From Dimorphilus gyrociliatus (lineage: Eukaryota; Animalia; Annelida), in NCBI GenBank assembly GCA_904063045.1, contig CAJFCJ010000196.1:31694-75137 (forward strand): 43,444 nt of DNA. Reading direction: 5' to 3'. Below the pieces are notes generated by a model. That model saw only the letters and a list, made by a program, of their open reading frames with translations, had not been told where the DNA came from and did not search any database. A program made the position numbers and the translations under genes. Below are positions 23,409 to 34,287 of the stretch, piece after piece. Numbering within the stretch: the first letter of the stretch is position 1; each line of letters opens with the position of its first letter.

Positions 23409-24037
23409 NNNNNNNNNNNNNNNNNNNNNNNNNNNNNNNNNNNNNNNNNNNNNNNNNNNNNNNNNNNNNNNNNNNNNNNNNNNNNNNNNNNNNNNNNNNN
23501 NNNNNNNNNNNNNNNNNNNNNNNNNNNNNNNNNNNNNNNNNNNNNNNNNNNNNNNNNNNNNNNNNNNNNNNNNNNNNNNNNNNNNNNNNNNNNNNNNNNN
23601 NNNNNNNNNNNNNNNNNNNNNNNNNNNNNNNNNNNNNNNNNNNNNNNNNNNNNNNNNNNNNNNNNNNNNNNNNNNNNNNNNNNNNNNNNNNNNNNNNNNN
23701 NNNNNNNNNNNNNNNNNNNNNNNNNNNNNNNNNNNNNNNNNNNNNNNNNNNNNNNNNNNNNNNNNNNNNNNNNNNNNNNNNNNNNNNNNNNNNNNNNNNN
23801 NNNNNNNNNNNNNNNNNNNNNNNNNNNNNNNNNNNNNNNNNNNNNNNNNNNNNNNNNNNNNNNNNNNNNNNNNNNNNNNNNNNNNNNNNNNNNNNNNNNN
23901 NNNNNNNNNNNNNNNNNNNNNNNNNNNNNNNNNNNNNNNNNNNNNNNNNNNNNNNNNNNNNNNNNNNNNNNNNNNNNNNNNNNNNNNNNNNNNNNNNNNN
24001 NNNNNNNNNNNNNNNNNNNNNNNNNNNNNNNNNNNNN
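23409..24037. other. Assembly gap (N run)
   Basis: Run of N inside MULE-2. Confidence 1.
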
Positions 24038-25431
24038 ATCCTTGAAGGTCAGAATTAGGAAACTGGTCTTTAAGTGCCATCCATATAGCCTTTTCAAAAT
24101 CAAGAACAATTTCTGGGTGTTTTTATTCAGTAATTTTCTTATCTCCTGTGTTCATTTATAAGGAGTTAAATTAAAAGTGAATATCATATTAAAAAATTTC
24201 AAACCTGAAGAACAGCAATATAGCAGTTTTTCTTTTTGCTACTCATCAGAACATAAATTAATGGAACCTGCTGATATTCATCATGTTTTTTCAAGAATCC
24301 ATGAATTGAAAAGAGTTGATAAAATGGATCTCTAACAACTTTAAAAGTTGCATCAATGAACCAAATTTTCAACATTCAAGTAATTCTATTTGATGATTTG
24401 TACCAAATATAATACATGATTTTCTTTTCTTTTTATCTTTCAATAAGAAATCCATTGGAATTTCATCTAGATTTATTTCAAAGTGTAATCTCTAGGATGC
24501 TTTGGTCTTCTATCTCTTTATATCTGGAAGCTTTTCTTCTTAGTGATTCTAATTCTGGTAAGTCTTCAATATTATCTTTAAATTTAAGAATAATATCTTC
24601 TGCTATTCTTTTACCAGTTTTGTCATTGTCACAATTTGCCATTTCTTTCAAATCCATTCTTGACTGAAGAACATTTTCCAGATTTTTATACAACTTATGA
24701 AGATGGTTTCCATTTTTTACAATGAAATTTGATCCTTTTTGTATTATGTATGCAGGACAAGGATTTTTAGCATATCTTTGAGTACATCTCCAGGTAATTG
24801 AACTCTCAGTTTTTCTTTTCATGGAATATGAACAATTTTTGTGTAGAAGTAAGTCTTTACCTTTGGTACTTCCACACAACAATTTTGAATTCATCTGTTT
24901 CAGTTTCCATAATGTTACACTGCTCATCCATCTCAAATGAAGTTTCATCACTGATGTCAACTTTCATATCTCTCATATCTTGCCTATTATCAGGAAGATT
25001 CACCTCTTTTTCAATATTTGATGATTCAGTTGAATTAAAGTCAAAAGAGAGTCTCAGCTGTCAAAAATAATTTAGAGTGAGATATTAATATTTTTTAAGC
25101 ATTGAAATTACCTGATTTGTGTTGCTTTCACTTGCATAATCCTTTGAAGATTCCATATCAATATCACTTTCTTGAAGAATTTCACTCTGATGATAATTAT
25201 CTATTTTCTTCAATTTAATAAATAATTGTCTTCTCCTGACATCATGACAATCAGAGCAATAATCTGTATCTTAATATATAAATGATATAGTATTAAACAT
25301 TGGAAAGTTTAATAGAATACACTTATTTTTTCAACATTTTGCATGATAAAAATGTCTGCACAACTTGCATCTGAATTTTCTTTGAGTCCAGTGGAACTCA
25401 ATCCACACTTCCAACAATTTTTCAAATTCAT
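24038..25431 (-). pseudogene. MULE-2 transposase (PHD-FLYWCH-DDE), frameshifted
   Basis: Exon fragments MNLKNCWKC...CKLCRHFYHAKC, DYCSDC, GGSTKGKDLLLHKNCSY...WRC...CPA...HLH and VLDFEKAIWMALKDQFPNSDLQG. Same architecture as MULE-1, with indels and stops. Confidence 0.8.
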
Positions 25432-25779
25432 GCTGTGGTTTCTATCAAAACTAGGATGAAATGCAAGAAACAAATATACCTCTACTTTTTTCACAACAGG
25501 AAAAGGAAATTGCAAAAATAGTAAAATTACTTTTGAAAAAAAGAAAACTGGTAATATGAAAATGTTTCAAATTTTTTGAATGATTTATATATATATATAT
25601 TATATGTGGAACTGCATAGTGGAACTGCAATTGAAAATTACATGTTTTTTCTTGTTATTTTTCTAAGATGGGGTGAAACATTTTGGGCGGAAATGTCCCA
25701 AAGTGGCCGCAAATGTCCCAAAGTGGGCTGAAATGTCCCAAAGTGGGCCGAAATGTCCTGGGCGAAATGTCCTGCACCT

Positions 25780-27188
25780 GGGTTTTGCCAGTGCTTCCAA
25801 CTGGAATTTGATTTAAACATGTCTGAATTTCCAAATTCTTTCTTTCTACCATTCCATTACTTTGGCTATGGAATGCTGTTGTTTTAATTTTTCGTATTCC
25901 CATTGATGTCACCATTTCTGTAAAGATTTCCCCAAGAAATTCCTTCTTGATCTGTGAGAATTTCTTCTGGGATACAAATATTGGGAAATAGTTGAAAAAC
26001 AAATGTTTAGAAATCTCCTCAGCTGTTTGAGTTTTTAGAGGGAATATGTTGTTAAATCTGGACTGTGGTCTATAATGACAAGTATATACTTGTAAGAATC
26101 ATGTCCAGTCAGAGGTCCCATTATGTCCTAGCAATTCTTTGCATTGGAAGTGTTGGATGGGGTGTTTCCACCAGTAGATGTTTGTTTCCAGGTGCTCTCA
26201 ATTGTTCACAGAATTCACAATTTCTAATATGTTCTTTGATTGTTTTCTTCAGTTGTGGATGCCAAAAGGCTTGTTCCAATGTATGGATTGTTATGTCAAC
26301 ACCATAGTGTTCAATAATTGATGTTGATGAATTTGTCCCAGTAGGCTTGTTAAAGTTGCCAATGGGATTACAAGTAGTGGTTGGCAACCATTCAAATACC
26401 ATACCAGATCCTCTTTGACAAACATATGTTCAATAAAATTCTTATAATCCTTGACTGTTTCAACATCAATGTCTTCTCCTTCCAATTTATCTACAACTTT
26501 CATTAGTGTATCATCCATTATTTGTTCTGTGTAGAAATTTATCTCAACTGCTTTATTTTTCAATTTCATGACCTGTATTTGTTTTCATCTACTTGTAAGA
26601 ATCATGTCCAGTCAGAGGTCCCATTATGTCCATAGCTATTCTTTGCATTGGTAAAGTTGGGTGAGGTGTTTCAACCAACAGATGTTTGTTGCCTGGTGCT
26701 CTTAATTGCTCACAAAATTCACAACTCTTTATGTGATCTTTAATTGTTTTCTTTAGCTTGGGGTGCCAGAAAGCTTGCTCCAAAGTGTGAATTGTTATGT
26801 CTACACCATAGTGCTCAAATAGTTGATGTTGATGAATTTGTCCAAGTAAGTTGGTTAGAGTTGATAGTGGAATTACAAGTAGTGGTTGACAGCCATTTAG
26901 ATACCATACAAGATCTTCTTTTACAAACATAGATTCAATAAAGTTTCCATATTCATTCAAAGACCCATTATCAATGTTTTCTCCTTCCAATTTGTCTACA
27001 ACTTTCATTAGTGGAGTATCTAATACTTGCTCTCTATAGAAGTTTATTTCAACTGGTGTGATTTTTAGTTTCATAATCTGGGCTTGGATTTCAGTTATGT
27101 CTTCATCATAATCATTGTCTAGATTGTCATCTAAACAATCACCTAATTCTTCTAAGTCCTCTGTATCAATATAAAAGCATTTAAGCAT
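25780..27188 (-). pseudogene. Gypsy integrase with tandemly duplicated HHCC zinc domain
   Basis: Two copies of HQHQLFEHYG...CEFCEQLR...IAMDIMGP. Catalytic D, D (ILTDQG) and E (SNGMVER) lie in the downstream copy. Confidence 0.85.
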
Positions 27189-27189
27189 A

Positions 27190-28780
27190 TCCTTTCTTTC
27201 TGCTAATTGGGGAACTGTATTGCCATTTTGTTTTTCTTCATTTAATCTTTCCTTAAGTAAATTACGAAAATCAATTACTTCATCAGTTTCACCAATTCTT
27301 GATATCTAGTCTGCTCTATTAGTTCTTCCTGGTATGTATATTATTTCAAAATCCATATCCATAAGTGCCATCACCCATTTAACAGTACTTGTATTCAGTT
27401 TGTTTTGTACAAATGTTTGTACCAAATTTTGGTGATCAGTGTAGAGAAAAAATTTCTTATACTGTAGATAATGGGAGAATTTTTGTACTGCCCAATATAC
27501 TGCAAAAGCCTCTTTTTGATAAGCTGCATATCTTAGTTGTGTATTGATTAGGAGCTTGGAAGCAAAAGATTGGTTTTCTTATTTTCTTTCCATCTTCTTC
27601 CCATTCTTGTTCTAGAACTGCACCAACTGCATAATTAGAAGCATCTGTTGTTAAATAGAATGATTTAGTAAAGTCTGGCAGTTGAAGGATTGGGGGCTCT
27701 GTCATTGCATTCCTTAGTGTTTCATAAGCTTCCTCTGCTTTTTTTGTCCATTTCAGTTTTTCTGTCTTTTGGTGTACTTTTAATAATTCTCTCAAAGGTT
27801 TTGTGATTTTTGCAAAATCTTTAACAAATCTTCTATAATAACCACAAAATGCCACAAAACTCAACAGAGTATTTGCAAACATAGGTAATTTGGCATCTTT
27901 TATTTTCTGAATCTTTTCAGGATCAGTTTCAATACCATTCTGTGTAATTCTATGACCAAGGAATTGAACTGATTCTTGTAAGAATGCACATTTGCTCAGT
28001 TTAATTCTAAAGTCTTTTTCCTTGATTCTTTCCATAAGTTTCTGTAGAGCTACAAAGTGTTCTTCCAATGTTTTGGTAAAAACTATAATATCATCCATAT
28101 AATTAATGCAGAAGTTTTCCAATCCATTAATAACAAAATTTGCCATGATATAGCTGAAGTGTGAAGGTGCATTTGCCAAACCAAATGAATTCAAATAAAC
28201 CAAATGGCCTAATAAAAGCAGTTTTCTCCTTATCTTCTTCTTTGATTGGAATATGATGAAATTCACTTGTTAAATCCAATATAGAAAAATATTTGTGGCC
28301 TCCTCCAAGCTTATCAAATAAATCTTCTTGATGTGGGATTGGATAAAAATTCTTTTTCGATTGCTTGTTAAGTTTTCTGTAATCCACACACATTCTTAAT
28401 GTTCCTTCTTTCTTTTTCACAAAAACAATGGGTGAAGCCCATTGGCTTTTGCTTACTGTAATTAGACCATTTTCCAATAATCCATTTAATTGATCCCTGC
28501 ATTCCTGCTGTCTGTTGGGTAGCAATCTGTATGGTCTTTGTTTGAAAGGCTTTATATCTTCCAATAATTCAATTGCCATTAGTGGAACATCTGGTGAACC
28601 AATGTCATTCTGATTTGTAGCAATAATATCTTCATAATTCTTTATCATTTCTTTTATTTCTTCTCTGTTCTTGTCAAGATTATTTTTGGACACATGTAAA
28701 TAATTGTCAATTTCTAGTGTATTTGAATTAATATTGTGTACATTTTGATTAGACAAATGTTCAAATTCAATACTTTCCAA
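27190..28780 (-). pseudogene. Gypsy reverse transcriptase / RNase H, frameshifted
   Basis: Canonical Gypsy RT motifs split across ORFs 28127-28780 and 27457-28266, with a further frameshift in RNase H. Confidence 0.9.
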
Positions 28781-30475
28781 CTATAATTCTTCTATTTCAG
28801 GAGTTACTGGATTTTTCTTTTGTTCTTTTTCCACTTTGATAGTTATTCCATCTTCTAATTCAATGTATTGTGGTTTCATTTCCATTTCCATAGCTAAGTC
28901 TTCAGTTTCTTCTTCAGATGAATTTATGAGAATAACTGAGTCATTGTCAGACTTAGGTATATTTCCAGTCTCTTCATCAGATGAGTCTATAACCATTATG
29001 GAATCATTGTCAGACTCAATTGTGTTACTGGTCTCTTCTTCAGATGAATCTATAACAATCATTGAATCATTATCAGGCTCAGTTATGTTATCAAGCTCTT
29101 CTTCAGATGAGTCTATAACAATCATTGAACCATTATCAGAATTAGTTGAATCACTAATTTTATCTTCAGATGAGCTTGTACCATTGATTATATCCAAATC
29201 TGAGTCTGGACTGTGATCTGATTCAATACTTGTTTCTGTATCATAATTTTCAGAAGTACTGGAACATTCATCTGTGCCATAATTGCTATTTGAATCAAAA
29301 CCATTGAATCCCTCATAAACTATGCTTGAACCATGAGTGTTGCTTGTATCATAGCCAGTATCTGGATCAGTAACTTCCATTTCTGAGTCCACACTATCTG
29401 AAAATTCAGATGGAGTATCAAAAACTTCAGATGGAGTGTCAGAATCTTCAAAATACTGTCCCATCATTCCAACAGTTACTTTTTTTACACTGCCTTGTTT
29501 TCCAAATTTTGTCTGGTGATTTTCTTTATATTGCAAAAACTTTCTAACTGGTTGTTCTTTTCTGATAAAGAATGGAAGAGAAACTTGTTTTGTTGCAAAA
29601 TCAATAAGACCTCCAGCATTTTGTAGGAAATCATAACCAAGTATTATAGCCATATCTAGTTTTTCCATAATAAAGAATTCTTGTTCCATAATTCTTCCAT
29701 TAAATTGAATATTCAGTTTTGCTTTTCCTTTTGTCTTTAAAGCATTTCCATCTGCTGAAGTGATGATTGGTAAGCCAGTGGTTTCTTTCTTGATGAATTT
29801 AGAATCCATTAACCTGATTTCTTTTTCTGTAATAAATGACAAAAGTGCTTCTGAATCACATAAAGCAATAACCTCTCTTCCATTATGATTTTTCATTCGA
29901 AATTGGAAATCTTTTCTGCCTTTTACCAAAGAAGTACACCTAAAATGTGTGATTTTCTCTTCTTTGAGATTAAATATTGCCATTCTTCCTTTAGAAATTT
30001 CAGTTTCATTAGGTTCATCAGGTTCAACATGTATTAGTCTGTTAAAGCTGCCTTTTTCATTATTTCCTGCATTTCCATTTCTTTGTTGTTGAAATCTATT
30101 TTGAGAAAAAGGTTTAAATGTATGTTCATTTTGATTTGAGTTACTCTGATTGTTGTCAAATCTCCTTTTGTACTGTTTGAATTCATTTTCGCTTTCCTTT
30201 CTTGCATTATCAAAAAATATGTCTGCTCTTTTTGCCAATTTAATATACTGATTAACTGAGTTAATCTTTCCATCTTTTTCCACATGATTAACAATTTTTC
30301 CTTTAAGACCATTCCTGAATACAGTTAACAGTTGAAGTTCTCTAACTCTTTCAGAAACACAAGCCATTTCAGTAGTATTGAATGGTAGGAATTTTTCCAC
30401 AAGTTCTTTACTTCTTCTAACAAAACTTTGGACAGTTTCATCATTGAACTATCTCAATCTATCAATTTCTTTTTT
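28781..30475 (-). pseudogene. Gypsy gag C-terminus, aspartic protease (active site DSEA, mutated) and acidic repeat linker
   Basis: VIALCDSEA and AIILGYDFL protease motifs; gag-like ETVQSF...RNGLKGKI. Ends at an in-frame TAG immediately before RT. Confidence 0.8.
28905..29200 (-). repeat. 63-bp (21-aa) tandem repeat x5 encoding [IV]-x-[IV]-[DN]-SS-[ED]EE units
   Basis: tc(t/a)tcagatg recurs at 28911, 28974, 29037, 29100 and 29163. Confidence 0.9.
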
Positions 30476-30498
30476 GATGACTATATTGATTTTTTGTC

Positions 30499-30762
30499 AA
30501 AACTGAGAGTTCAATTTTTCACAAAACAATACCAAATATAATACATTGATTTTTCTTTTCTTTTATATCTTTCAATAAGAAATCCATTGGAATTTCATCT
30601 AGATTTATTTCAAAGTGTAAATCTCCAGGACGCTTTGGTCTTCTATTCTCTTTATATCTGGAAGCTTTTCTTCTTAGTGATTCTAATTCTGGTAAGTCTT
30701 CAATATTATCTTTAAATTTAAGAATAATATCTTCTGCTATTCTTTTACCAGTTTTGTCATTT
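30499..30762 (-). mobile_element. Internal MULE-2 transposase fragment replacing the Gypsy 5' end
   Basis: Near-identical to 24402-24632 (NDKTGKRIAEDIILKF...). Preceded by an inverted 18-nt MULE-2 piece, aaaactgagagttcaatt. Confidence 0.8.
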
Positions 30763-31248
30763 TGCAGCCCCTCTAACAATAAATTCATCCAAATAGTCAA
30801 ACTAACCCTTTCCTAAAATGTTTTCTTGGCTGGAAATATTTGCTAACAGGTACATTCACACCCAACCCCATTGCTCTGATTTCCTCTAGTTCATGCTTTC
30901 TATCAAATATAAATTTGAATGTGTACAGAGTGTAAGAGAGGTTTATACTAATAAATATATAAGTATTACTCATAAAGAAAATGAATGATAAGAAGGGGTT
31001 AAGAACACCTTTAAAAATTATATAAAACAACAATATTGACATAACGATAACTTGGCTTACTGCCAATTTAGGTGATGTGCTTTTTGACTACAGACAATTA
31101 TACAGAAAGCCCTGAAAGAAAATGAAAGGGAAAGTTAAAAATTTAAAAATAGATTTGTGTCTAGTCTTAATAGTTTCTGGCAGGCTTTAGGATTGTTTCC
31201 AATTCTTACAGCTTGGAACTGGGTTACAGATAGTTTTAAAATCAGACA

Positions 31249-31587
31249 AACTTTGCAAATGATTTAGGAATTGATGCAGCCTTGTCACCAACACAACATC
31301 TATTTTCTTCATGGATAAGAAAACCTTTCAAAATACAAATAGACACACTTCTGCTAATTATACTCTTGATTGGAATTGGATTCTTCATTTACTTTATTTG
31401 GAAGAAAAAGCTGAAAAGAGTTCAATTTACCAGACTGTCTAAACTACTGACAAAAACAAAAAGATTACCTTCAGCTCCAACAGCTGAATCAGAAGAAATA
31501 GAACTGCAAAATTATCCTATGTTCAGAAAAAGTGGTGATAACATAATTGTCACAAGTCCTAGACCTTTTGTGGAAGCAAGGTCTTAA
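31249..31587 (+). pseudogene. Inverted env 3' fragment (TM + cytoplasmic tail)
   Basis: Nearly identical to the env C-terminus at 21250-21550 but on the opposite strand, and it continues to a natural stop (…PRPFVEARS*). Confidence 0.85.
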
Positions 31588-32020
31588 AGGAGTGGGATGT
31601 TTGTACACATACATTCATCAGCTATATTCTACAATAGAGAAGTAGTATTGAACCAGTATTGTACTATGCAGATAGCACTGATAAAGATAAGCAGTAGTGA
31701 CCTAGTTTCGCATAGGGCAGTGCATACACATTATGCAGCAATAAAACCTATTGAATTATATAAAGAATATTTGCTATTTGCAACCTAGCATTAATATTAC
31801 AATTTATTAATCCATAAATTTATGATTTCGAACTAAAACTAGTTCAATTAATTATCAATTATGCTTAAATTCTAAGTTTAGATTATATTCACTATTCAAC
31901 AGTATTGTATACACAATACTGTTCTTTTTAACACGCCTTAATCAGATATACTTATTTATATATATATATATATATATCAGATAGTATAAACAGCAATTTT
32001 GTCTCTAGTAAAAGATGACA
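31587..32020 (+). mobile_element. Polypurine tract and probable 3' LTR start of the Gypsy family (LTR end uncertain)
   Basis: aaggagtggga directly after the env stop, then TGT at 31598 and AATAAA at ~31740. A possible ...ACA end lies at 32020. Confidence 0.55.
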
Positions 32021-32233
32021 AGGCCAAATATTACCTTTATTTTTTTGGCCTCTGTCACCTTGAGTATTTTTGGTGTATGTTGAAAATAATTCTGTATTTG
32101 TGTATGATTGCTTTCAATTTTAAAAAAGTGAGGCATTGGACACAAAGGAATCTAAAAGAATATTGTCTGCATTTGAAGTGAAACATGTCAAACCAGTTTT
32201 TCAGGTCTTTTAGTTAGCCTACATACTTTCAAA

Positions 32234-32236
<3 letters not shown>

Positions 32237-32277
<41 letters not shown>

Positions 32278-32288
32278 GTGTGTGTATG
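32237..32288. repeat. (TA)n/(TG)n microsatellite
   Basis: Dinucleotide run. The equivalent run lies at ~41865-41915. Confidence 0.9.
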
Positions 32289-32355
32289 TAAACTCTACAC
32301 TTTGAATATAGCTTGACATTTTTTGGCTAATAAAATCTTTAATCTTTTTGGCAAA

Positions 32356-32657
32356 ATGAAATACCTCCTCAATATTTGTCTTGTTTTAATTCTGGCTAAT
32401 TTGGCATTTTCTACACTTTTAGAAGATGAATTGATGGAACTATTATCTAAAAAAGATGACATATTAATGGAAAAACTTGTAATGAGAGAACTACTAAAAA
32501 AGGTATAGCAAAAAGATAGTTTGGCTGTCTCTTATATTTCTCATTTCAGAGTTCTGCTCAAGTAGAATACACATGCAATTATTGTAAAACCTCTTACAAA
32601 AATTATTGTGGACGTTATAAATATATTTGCTCTAGAGATTATGGTATAACATTCTAA
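32356..32657 (+). CDS. Secreted cysteine-rich prepropeptide, 84 aa; exons 32356-32502, 32550-32657
   Basis: MKYLLNICLVLILANLAFS (signal) TLLEDELMELLSKKDDILMEKLVMRELLKK | SSAQVEYTCNYCKTSYKNYCGRYKYICSRDYGITF*. Phase-0 GT-AG intron of 47 bp directly after a dibasic KK. Confidence 0.75.
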
Positions 32658-33639
32658 TCAACTTAGATTCATGTCAACAAATAATAAGTTTCCTATATAC
32701 TTAACCTGAGCTGAACAGTTGTGTATATTTCTTCATAAACAATACATTCTTTTAAATTTTTATGTTGTATTTTCCATTGTATTTTATTGATGAGGCATTG
32801 TAGAAATTTCTTGTAAATTGCCAAGATAGATCTTTTTTCTTGGCTCAATCTGGCCCTGTAATTATCTGAGGAAATCAGGGAACAACTATATGACCTACTA
32901 GAGCTGTTGTCAACATAGGATAAATTTAATTTTAATATTTGAGTTGAATATCAATTATCTACAATTGGCTGTAGAATTAAAGAAAAACCATAGTGATGTG
33001 TAAATAGAGTATTGCTCTATACTTATTTAAAATTACATATGCATGGTTGAGCTAGTCTGATGAATATACTTTTAATGCCTTTTTTTGTTGTGTATTATAA
33101 TTCATACAAAAATATGGTATCAATATATTCTGTTAAAGAATTTTTAGGAGCACTTTTAATGTACATTCACACCCTAACTCCATTAAAAACAGACACTAAA
33201 CACTATATTTAACAACAAGTGAGACCTCAAACACAAAGGAGTCGAATGGAATGTCAAAAAAACCCATACAAGATAAATCCTTATGGAAGAAATTGTAAGA
33301 CATACAACTTTCCCATGATAAAGTGCATTGCATCCTTAAATTTGATGTATACAACATTACTTTGATGAGTCCTATGAGTCTTGCTATAACTTGATTTATA
33401 TTAAAAATGTATATAAAAAAGTAAATAATAATACTAAAATCTAAACTATAGATAGGCTGTTTAAAAAATTTAATCACTTGTTTAAGTTCTAGTGACAGCT
33501 ACTGTTGAAAGTTCAACATATACTTTCACTGTAGCTAAATCAGAAAAAATGAGTAACAGATGATTCATATTTTCCATATTTTTTTCTTATTCTATTCAAA
33601 TAGTTTTAATTATTTATATTGCTATTTGAAAATAGAATG

Positions 33640-33832
33640 ATGGTATATAAATTGGAGCTTCTATTGATGATGGTAGCAGCACTAATTCTGCTAAAACTGG
33701 AATAGTCCTCCATGGTAATTGCTTTTCTTTTACTAATTAATGATACTAATTTGCCCTAAATGCTAATTTCTCTCCAAAAAATTCAGCATCAATTCCAAGA
33801 ATTATAGGATGACCAAAAATATTTTCTCCTGC
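33640..33832 (-). pseudogene. Possible relic of a retroelement protease region
   Basis: HPIILGID...*...KEKQLPWRTIPVLAELVLLPSS resembles the C-terminal retropepsin ILGxD motif. Contains stops. Confidence 0.25.
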
Positions 33833-34287
33833 AGAAGGTGAAAATTTCAATTTTGTATGTGAATTTAATTATTGGGGATGGGGATACTCAGAATTTAAAG
33901 TTCCTCTAAATGAAAAAAGATGCATTATGCTAATAGTCAAAATATTCAAACATATAACAAAAAATATCCTCAATATTTGCATTAAACAATAATATATTTT
34001 GTATTTGAATGAAAAATATTTAACAAGTTTTGTAAAATGTGTTAAACTCTTTGGAAAGTATATACAGTGGTGAAAGAAATTTTTCATTTGATGGACTATT
34101 TTTTTGCAAGGGCTATTTTGAAGGGTAATCAATGGCCTTGTTTTAAAAAATTATTAACTAAAATGTAGGAAATTTTGTCTAGTTTTATGAGTAGTTTTCA
34201 GATACTCTCTACCTCTCCTAGTTTACAAATTATTTATATATTTTATTGATGACTATATTGATTTTTTGTCAATTGCAATATTTCAGA

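Larger units (their letters stand above)
23133..25779 (-). mobile_element. MULE-2: second Mutator-like family inserted in the Gypsy integrase
   Basis: 9-bp TSD gggttttgc at 23124-23132 and 25780-25788. TIRs made of tandem ggacatttcggcccacttt units. Removing the element rejoins integrase ...GSTGKT|PHEILFG. Confidence 0.9.
21168..30475 (-). mobile_element. Decayed env-bearing Ty3/Gypsy LTR retrotransposon (gag-PR-RT-RH-IN-env), interrupted by MULE-2; 5' LTR not seen
   Basis: Gag/PR 28781-30400, RT 28780-27457 (QWASPIVFVKKKEGTLRMCVDYRKLN, YMDDIIVF), RNase H (LTTDASNYAVGAVLEQ), integrase 27188-25780 resuming at 23132, env 22975-21250. Confidence 0.92.

Noticed and set aside
28836-29216. Ser-rich plus-strand ORF (and 38471-38851)
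   Set aside because: Antisense shadow of the acidic repeat in the Gypsy polyprotein.
30797-31066. Minus-strand ORF with a hydrophobic stretch (and 40432-40701)
   Set aside because: AT-rich, no motif, lies inside a rearranged junction. Cannot be supported as a gene.
31597-31788. ORF MFVHIHSS... (and 41229-41420)
   Set aside because: Overlaps the PPT/LTR start, so it is most likely a chance ORF in LTR sequence.
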